Below are positions 56,068 through 64,000 of a DNA stretch of 64,000 nt, piece by piece. The first letter of the stretch is position 1. The number at the start of each line of letters is the position of its first letter. The notes beneath the pieces are model-generated. The model made no database searches and was not told the DNA's origin. It worked only from the letters and a program-made list of their open reading frames with translations. Both the position numbers and the translations under genes were made by a program. This DNA is from the human T2T-CHM13v2.0 reference genome, Homo sapiens. The stretch is from assembly GCF_009914755.1 (NCBI RefSeq), contig NC_060931.1. One strand, given 5' to 3'.

Positions 56068-56264
56068 TCATCCTCCAATGAAGGTTTCTGTTTGCCTTGT
56101 ATGTTAGTGCAAAAAACAGATAATAAGATGGAATTAAATGTGCAATCAATTTATTGGGGGAAACATCAGAGGAGGCTTGGAGAGATGCCCCACTGCAATG
56201 CAAGTGTGAACTTTGTGAAGGTGAGAGGGCAGAGTTCATGGAAACAGATTATGCTTCTAAAGAA

Positions 56265-57420
56265 CCAGGTTTGGGGAGAATTAGATTGTTAAAAAGAATT
56301 CAATTTTGATATAATGAGCCTGAGGTATTTTTCAGACATCAGTTTTGCACTGTCATAGAGAAATATAGGTCTGGGGTGAGCTAACGTTGGACATTTGTGA
56401 GTCATCTGCATATAGGCAGTAATGGAAGCCAGAGACATGAAGAGAAAGCATAAGATCATGATACTGAAGGAAAAAACAGCCTCAAGCACTGAGGAATTCT
56501 GGTATTTAATGTCAAAAGAAAGAAGGAGAAGCCCACAAAGATAAGTCAATGAAGAGGTAGGAACAGAAAAGGATTGTGTTCAGGAAGTCAAGAAGAGTAA
56601 GAAATGATCCACGATGACAAATGCCGCAGGAAGGTCAAGTAAGAGGAGGCCTGGAAATGCCCATTGGATTTAGAGAGGCAGAGGCTATGGTTGATCTAGC
56701 AAGAATAATTATACTTCAGTGATGCGTACAAGCCAATTCCCCTATAAAATGGTGGGGATGGGGGTGGTGCAGGATGGGGGTGGGGCAGGAAGGGAGACAG
56801 AGGTGGAGATGGCGTACAAATCTAAAGTGCAACTGAATATGTTAGTGTTGGGAGGATGCAAACAGCTCTTCTATTAAACAAGAGGAAAGGAGAATAAATT
56901 AGATACAGATGTAGGCAGTTACGTATATTTGGAAAAGGGAAGATGAGATATCCCAATCTTATATAATAGTTGCTATTTTCTCTTGAAAATAACATCTCTG
57001 AGAGCAATGAAAAAAGTAGAAAAGTTGGAGGACTATGAAGAACAGAGAGTTTGAAAAAGTCTTTTCAGAAAATGGGAGTGGGAGTTGAACAAAAGATGCA
57101 GCAATGTGAAAGATCCATTTACTGTTGTTGACTGTACACTTAGAGTAGATCCAATGTCACCTTGCACTGTTGGATGCAACCACAGGAAGTGCAGATCACT
57201 GGGTTAATCTGGTACTGACCTTATTTCTCCAATGAAACCTAAAGAGACATGTGACATGTTTCATTGAAGACAATGAAAAGCCATAGGAGAATGCATTAAT
57301 GATACTGGACATGGTGTTCCTGAAATAATAGTGTGTGGACTCATGGTTGAGCAGGGAAGTTAAGAAAGGAAAGGAATAATGGGTTGAGAGAATGCAGGGA
57401 ATCCTGGAGAGAACCATGAT
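56265..57420 (-). mobile_element. Degraded LINE-2
   Basis: GAGTCATCTGCATATAGG, AGGAAGTCAAG, CAAATGC.GCAG.AAGGTCAAGTAAGA, CCATTGGATTTAG. Confidence 0.65.
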
Positions 57421-58673
57421 ACCTGAGCTTTTTGACCTCCAACATTAAACAATTCTTACAAAACCAATCAATTTGGTTCTCAAGAAAAAGCATGTTATAC
57501 TTCTTACAGTCAAAAAATTAGCTACATTTCTGCTGGCAAATACAACCAAAAAACCTCCCTTGCCTTCATGAAGTTTGTGTTCTAGGGAAGTCATATTAAC
57601 AATACTTATTATAGAGAAATACTATCTAATAGAAATATGAGTCATATACATAATTTTTAATTTTCTAGTAGTCACACTAAAAGAAGTAAAAATAAACATA
57701 TGGGCCTGTGAGATTTAAGAAAAAACAGGAATATACTTATACTAAAAAATAACCCTGTTTATCTGAAAATTTTTCCTATTATCATCATTTCTGATGAGCA
57801 TGTCTGTTTTCTCTAAATTCTCTCAGGGTGTTTTTAGTTTTCCAAAGTGAAACCACCTGGAAATTATTTACTTCATGGTGGATACCCAGAAGAAGAGTAA
57901 TGGCAGGCAGAAAGCTCACAAAAAAAAGAAGGTTGAAGCTGTCCTTTACCTCGGGGAGAAAATAATCTGTCTGACTGCAATGCAGTCATTTTTCCCTGCC
58001 ATTCTTTTTATCTTTTTTCCCTGCCATTCTTTTTATCTGCTGAAGCTGTGCTTTCCTAGAGCATTCATCAAGCAGCTTTTTTTGGTTAGCAGAGAGAGCC
58101 CCATATGCATTCTAACCTTGCAATACAATCCATCTTGGAGAGAGGAAAATATAATGAAAAAGGAGAAGGAGATAATTCTCGTATTGCTATTTACATTTCC
58201 CAGAACATACAAAACCATTATTTAAAATTAACTGCTCACTAGACCAACAGCTCACTGAGAAAATGCTGTTTCATTCAGAGAGGAGATTGACCTGGAGCCC
58301 CTTTGAAATGGAGACACTATTTTAATTGCTATTCTTTCTTTACCCCCCATATGAACCCCCTTTAATGTTTCCACTTGTAAAAAGTTCTCTTCCTTTGTAT
58401 TTTTAGTCTGCTGAAGTTTAGAACTCATTATATCATTTTTAATTAGTAAAGAGGTTACAAGTTCTGACCTGCCAAAACAGTAATTTCTTTCCAGTCTATA
58501 AATGGATGTTTTTCCAATGACAATTACAGAACCAATTTCTAAAGTTTGAATCCAGCTGTAGTAGTAAAGTTAGTGCCCCAGTTTGCAGGGGAGGATGGTA
58601 TAAAAATTTTAATGATCTTACAGTGGTTGGGTAATGTTTGAACACTGGAAAGATGACAGCCGAAATATACTAC

Positions 58674-59072
58674 TGTTAAATCAAGGTTAGCCTAAAGCTG
58701 CCTCCTTACACATTTTAGGTTTGCCCTAAAGGTTTCTCTGTACATCATGAACTATAACAAGTGGAGGTGTAAACAGACCATAGCCTGCTCTTGTGCCTGT
58801 CACCGAATTTGGGCCAATCAAATGTAGCCAACTGTTCAAACCGTGTTCAAATAAGACAAACGCCAAGCTGTAACCAATCCAGCTGTTTCTGTACCTCACT
58901 TCCATTTTCTGCACCTCACTTTCCTTTTTCTGTCCATAAATCTTCTTCCACCACATGGCTGTGCTGGAGTCTCTGAGCCTACTCTGGCTCGGGAGGCTGC
59001 CTGATTCGTGAATCATTCCTTGCTCAATTAAACTATTTTAAATTGAATTCAGCAGAAATTTTTCTTTTAACA
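58674..59072 (+). mobile_element. ERV1 solo LTR, MER57B1-like
   Basis: TGTTAA...TTAACA termini; 4-bp TSD CTAC/CTAT; GCCTAAAGCTGCCTCCTTACA, GTTCAAACCGTGTTCAAATAAG, two CCAAT boxes. Confidence 0.88.
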
Positions 59073-59484
59073 CTATCCACTGGTACTTTATTCAGGCATG
59101 GACTCAGGAGCAATAAAAAGAAAAGAGAGGTCACCATTTAGAATCATTTATTTCCACTACTTATCATTACCAAGAACCAACAAGTTCTTAGTCCTTGAAT
59201 ATATTCAGCACATAAGCACAATTCTTCTCATCCCTTTCTTTTCCTCCTTAATTTCCCAAACCAGTATAAACAATCCTACAGAAACATAACATGACCTAGG
59301 ATAGAATTAGGATTATGGCTGGAAAATATTCAGCTGTCCTTTACCCTAAAAATGATCATTACTAGTTCTTTTAGAAGTACAAAATTGTTACGATACAATT
59401 CTTTGTGGGTCTCACATTTCTACACATTTTTCAAGAGAAACACCAATTGCTTTTTTATTCTAGGCTATATTTTCAAGAATGTTA

Positions 59485-59906
59485 ATATAGTGAAAAGCCT
59501 TAGAAGAAACAGATGGTATATCCCTCTGGAACAAAGGGCAGGCATGTTTCTCATCCAGTAAAAGAGAGATGATGCCTCCCTACAAGCAAATAAAGGAAAA
59601 CTTACCGCCCAGTGTAAAATATTTGGGTTCCCTAAATTCAGTTTTCCTCTCCTAGAATCCAACCCACTGCACGTGCAAATGTCATTTGGCCCGTTTTTAC
59701 ATCACTCTATGGGGCTCAGAGAAGTATCAAAAAATGTTTACTCTGACCGATACTATTACCGTAAATAATAAACAATCCTTTGTCTCTGACCCAGGAGTCT
59801 TGTGTTTTCTATTAGTATTCATGAAACTGTGGAAAGTTTAATGTGGACGGCTTACTTGTTAGTTTGCAAGCAGGATAAAATCTCCAACCCTTCATAGTTC
59901 TTCATA
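59485..59906 (+). mobile_element. ERVL-type solo LTR (family uncertain)
   Basis: AATAAA..CCTTTGTCTCTGACCCAGGAGTCT..CATGAAACTGTGG..CTTGTTAG.TTGCAAG..TAAAATCTC..CCCTTCA.AGTTCTT 3' end. Confidence 0.6.
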
Positions 59907-61393
59907 AGAATCAGCAACAGAAAAATGCATAAAATTATAGATTTTTACCACTCAAATGCCTACATTTGAAATAGACCTTCAAGCTGAGGCTGGAAATAGT
60001 CAGAAAGTGAGGGCTTTCTGGGGCAGTTTCTCAACTGGTTGCAGCACACTGGTGTATGGTCAACTCTTCATCATTGTAGAGTATCAGCTCAATGTGCAAA
60101 ATGTATTTTTGCTGCACTGAGGAGATGTACCATCATCATCATGTACATCGATAGGATGCTGAGCTGACCTGATCATGCTGTATGATATAGAATATACCTT
60201 TTTGAGGGTAAGAGATGAGAGGTTAAACTGAATTCAGCATGAAAGGAAAGCTGAGCATTTACTGGTACGTGTGAGGATCTCGCTTCATTAATGTAAAAGT
60301 GCTGACAGAGCATTCAAAAACTTGATTTAAACAGGGTCTAAAGCTGAATAGTGACTAGTTGGAAAGTGTGGTAACTTTGGGAAGTTGTTTTAGTTTTCCA
60401 AATTTTTCCCTTTCTTTAAACCTGCTATCCACCTTTTCATCTTTTCAAGTGTGCTTCCCCCAATCTAGAATCCAAAAAATGTGCCACAATCACACAAATA
60501 ATGCAAGCCACAGATATGCAATGTCCACAGCTATGGATTGAGTTGAGGCTGACAATCGCAGTACCTGCAAGAAAATCCTCTATGAGATTGATTCTCACAG
60601 GAATTTATAGGTCACTACAGGGTCTAAACTCAGAGCTGAGTAGATTAGATAGTATCTACTTGGTGTCAAAATTTTACAGTGAGAAAAACCTTCTCTGCCC
60701 TTTAAGTTCCTCTTTAATTCTCAAAACTAACTCAACCTAGGTACTATATGAAAAGATTCAAAGGTGTATTCTTCTTGAGTTTGCCCTAGACCTCATACTT
60801 AAAGCATTACTAGTCTTACCTAAGAGGTAAGAGATACATGGAGAGAGAGATGCAGTTCATGAGTCCCTGCCAGAGAGAAGCCTCCAGGAGGAGGTCTTGA
60901 CCTCTGGAGAGAAATGCCAAGATAGGAGAGGAATTCCACAGACCACAAACAAGAAGTGGCATTATGCAGGAAGAACCAAGGACAAGTCAGCTTGACAGAG
61001 CCTATCTCCGGCCTGCGCTATGACGGATGTGGTGAACACTAAAGTGAGTGAGCTCCCTTAATGCAAGTAAGAACACATTGCCACCATCAGACATTTAGGC
61101 TTCCTCCCTAATAGCAAGGTTTAATGTAAAAAATAAACACACCAGCCTCCATGTCCACGAAGTGCTGAAATCCTGGAGGTTGGGCTATAGAGAGTGGCCT
61201 CCTCTGACATTATCTGGAAAATAAAGAAAAATGATTTATGTCAGGAATAACCTCATTCTTCACCTTTGCTGAAAAGTAGAAAAAAAACACAAATAAATAT
61301 TTTAGGTGGATATGCTACTTATACTACATGTTTATAATTTTACTTTGTAAAGGAAAATCCTGCTGTCTTTCTACTCACAAAATGCCTTAAATA

Positions 61394-61752
<359 letters not shown>

Positions 61753-62949
61753 TTAATGAAGGCTTTTGACTCCTGGGAAATATAAGAAGGAACATCCAGA
61801 AATAGTGATAATAGATTTTCTGTCTTTTAATCCTGATGGGAAAGGCTATTTTAAAGAATCTCAATTCTTAATGAAGATACACAACAGAAGACGGCACTGA
61901 TTAACTGTTAAGCATTCAATTCTTTCCCAGCTATCTAGTCAGGTTTGGATTCTCTATTAAAATTCAATACTTAGGTCCACCAGTCAGGGAAGGAAGGAAA
62001 AGAATGTCTCTTGCTTCAAACTCCTAATGGCCTCCAGCTCTGCTGTGCCCAACTTTAAGTAGATTGCTTGGTTTGGCTACTTATACTGTTTTTTCTGGAA
62101 ACCACTCACACTTCTTCTGAGCTGCACTCCTAAACCACTGGAAGTAGTCTCGCTGAGAAGGAATTAGAGTCCAAGTACTTTTTTTTTCTTTTACCTGTGC
62201 CTTTTGAGCACCCTGCACTTTAAAAAACAGAGAAAACAAATTTATTGACAACTCCTTACAATTATGTCCACAGAAAGATTTTGTTGTTACCCACTCCTTC
62301 TTTCCAAGTTTTACTGCGAAAGAATAAGCATTGTTAAATCCAGCTGGTGACTCCTATGGAAAAGTTTACCACAGAAACATTTGCAATCGGTTAAGACTTT
62401 GGTCCCATAATGCTTAGCAAAAGAAGCTGAAGATCATTCAGAACGGAAATGGAATTCTGTGTGCCAAGCCTTAGAGCTAAGCTTTAAAAAGTCACCCATG
62501 AACGATGTGCACTTTTCTCTTTGTTTGGTGCCTGGTGAATGGAGACAACAATGGCTTTAAGGAGATTTTTATCCATTGTATTTGTGTCTGCATCTGTATA
62601 GAACATACTGTTTCCTTGGCAGGTCACCAAGACTTGCTCACATCTGTTTCTGCTTTCATTTCTATTACCCTATTCATTTCTGGCCAGGAGTCAAAAGAGC
62701 TCTAAGTTTACAAGTGCCACGAAGGCATTTGGTTGAGGAGAATATTTTTTCTTTTATTAAACCTGTATTTCTGTTTTGATTTTTTCCTGTTTTTTACTTA
62801 ATCAGGATGAATCACAATGGAATAGAGGTTTTTATGAACATTCTGGAAAATGACATTTTAAAGGTGCAATTTACAGTGATCTAAATGCTTAGAAATTTTA
62901 TGTTTACCACTGAATTACAGACCATATAGAGGGGCAGCTCTTTATTGCA

Positions 62950-63100
62950 AAACCGTGGGCTTCAGAGTTAGGCAGAGTTAATTCTGAGTCTAGCTCTGCC
63001 ACTTATTGACGATCTGGCCTGAATCCTAGGCTTTCTCATCTGTATATAGGTGATGAAAAAGAAAATTCAACATCTTTAAGTTGTTGTGGAGATTAACCAT
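62950..63100 (+). mobile_element. MIR
   Basis: GGGCTTCAGAGTTAGGCAGA..AGCTCTGCCACTTA..TTTCTCATCTGTA..GTTGTTGTGGAGATTAA. Confidence 0.7.
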
Positions 63101-64000
63101 AAACGCACGCTAAATGGGGAAAGGGGGAGAACTATCAATGAAGAGTAGCTCTTATTAATACTTTGTGGCAGTAAAATGCAACTTTCTGATCATGCTCAGC
63201 AATTTTTTTTGAAAGCTTGCTGGTTATCCTCTCTATGAAATTTAATTATTATGTAGTGGTTTTTCATTAGGCCCAATAGCATGTCATCACTAATAATAAT
63301 GGATGCAAAGGTTTACTGAGGCAGAGAAGTTTTATTTGCTTAGCGTAGGCAAATGGGTCCGAGGACAACACATTTATGTTTGGGGAAAAAGAAACAAATT
63401 CCTATAAAAGCCAATACCATAGTGAACATTTCAGAGAAAAATGCAACACTGGTAGATGTGAAAATAAGTCCTGATACCAGGAATAAGGGAAAACAGTGGT
63501 TATCTACTGAAAACCAGATAGTAGACCTAAATAAAATAGACAGTAAGACTAGCCAAAGGCAACTATTCTCCATCTCTCACCTCTATTCTTTAGATTATAA
63601 TCAGCATTGGCTCTTAACTGAAGGAAAAAGCCAGGCCCCAGCTAGGTAAGACCAATGCCAATCTCAGTTAACCACTTGAGATGACAAATGGATTTGCCTC
63701 AGAATGTCGATTTTGTTTTGACCCTGCAATCAGTAAAATTAAGCAAGGAGACTTATGTACACACATCTAGACCAATCATAAACATAAAAGACACTGAAGT
63801 TTAAAATAAAGAATTTGAACAATATTTAAAAGACAACATTTTAAGCATTCATTTCACTTCTGGAGTCAAGTAAAGTTGAGGAAGAAATATTGTACTATTT
63901 CGATAGGATTTACTCAACCAGCTGGACTGATACACACCACATGGGTGACACTGTTTGCTGTATCGGGGGAGATGTTTATGATTCTTATCTTTAAAGCTGT

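Noticed and set aside
63353-63649. 98-aa ATG-initiated ORF in unique sequence
   Set aside because: No recognisable domain; length is within chance range for 64 kb

Overview
Primate, most likely human, non-coding genomic DNA (AT-rich, CpG-poor, no CpG island); a near-consensus AluYa-type element supports a human origin. I find no credible host protein-coding exon, RNA gene or CRISPR array. The ORFs with recognisable content derive from Alu, L1 or MaLR repeats and the rest look like chance ORFs. Much of the window is interspersed repeat: 9 dimeric Alus plus a FLAM monomer, L1PA/L1M fragments, a full-length THE1A provirus, many solo MaLR/ERV LTRs, and old L2/MIR. I cannot support a new 'biological system' here. 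The two most unusual observations concern retrotransposon history. (1) At 21319-22339, three L1 3' segments of successively older subfamilies sit inside one target-site duplication (TSD), which looks like a nested 3' transduction. (2) At ~29261-29447, an L1MA 3' UTR carries a dense strand-biased A>G cluster resembling fossil ADAR hyper-editing. Subfamily names come from recalled consensus sequences, not from a RepeatMasker/Dfam run, and boundaries of old elements are approximate.
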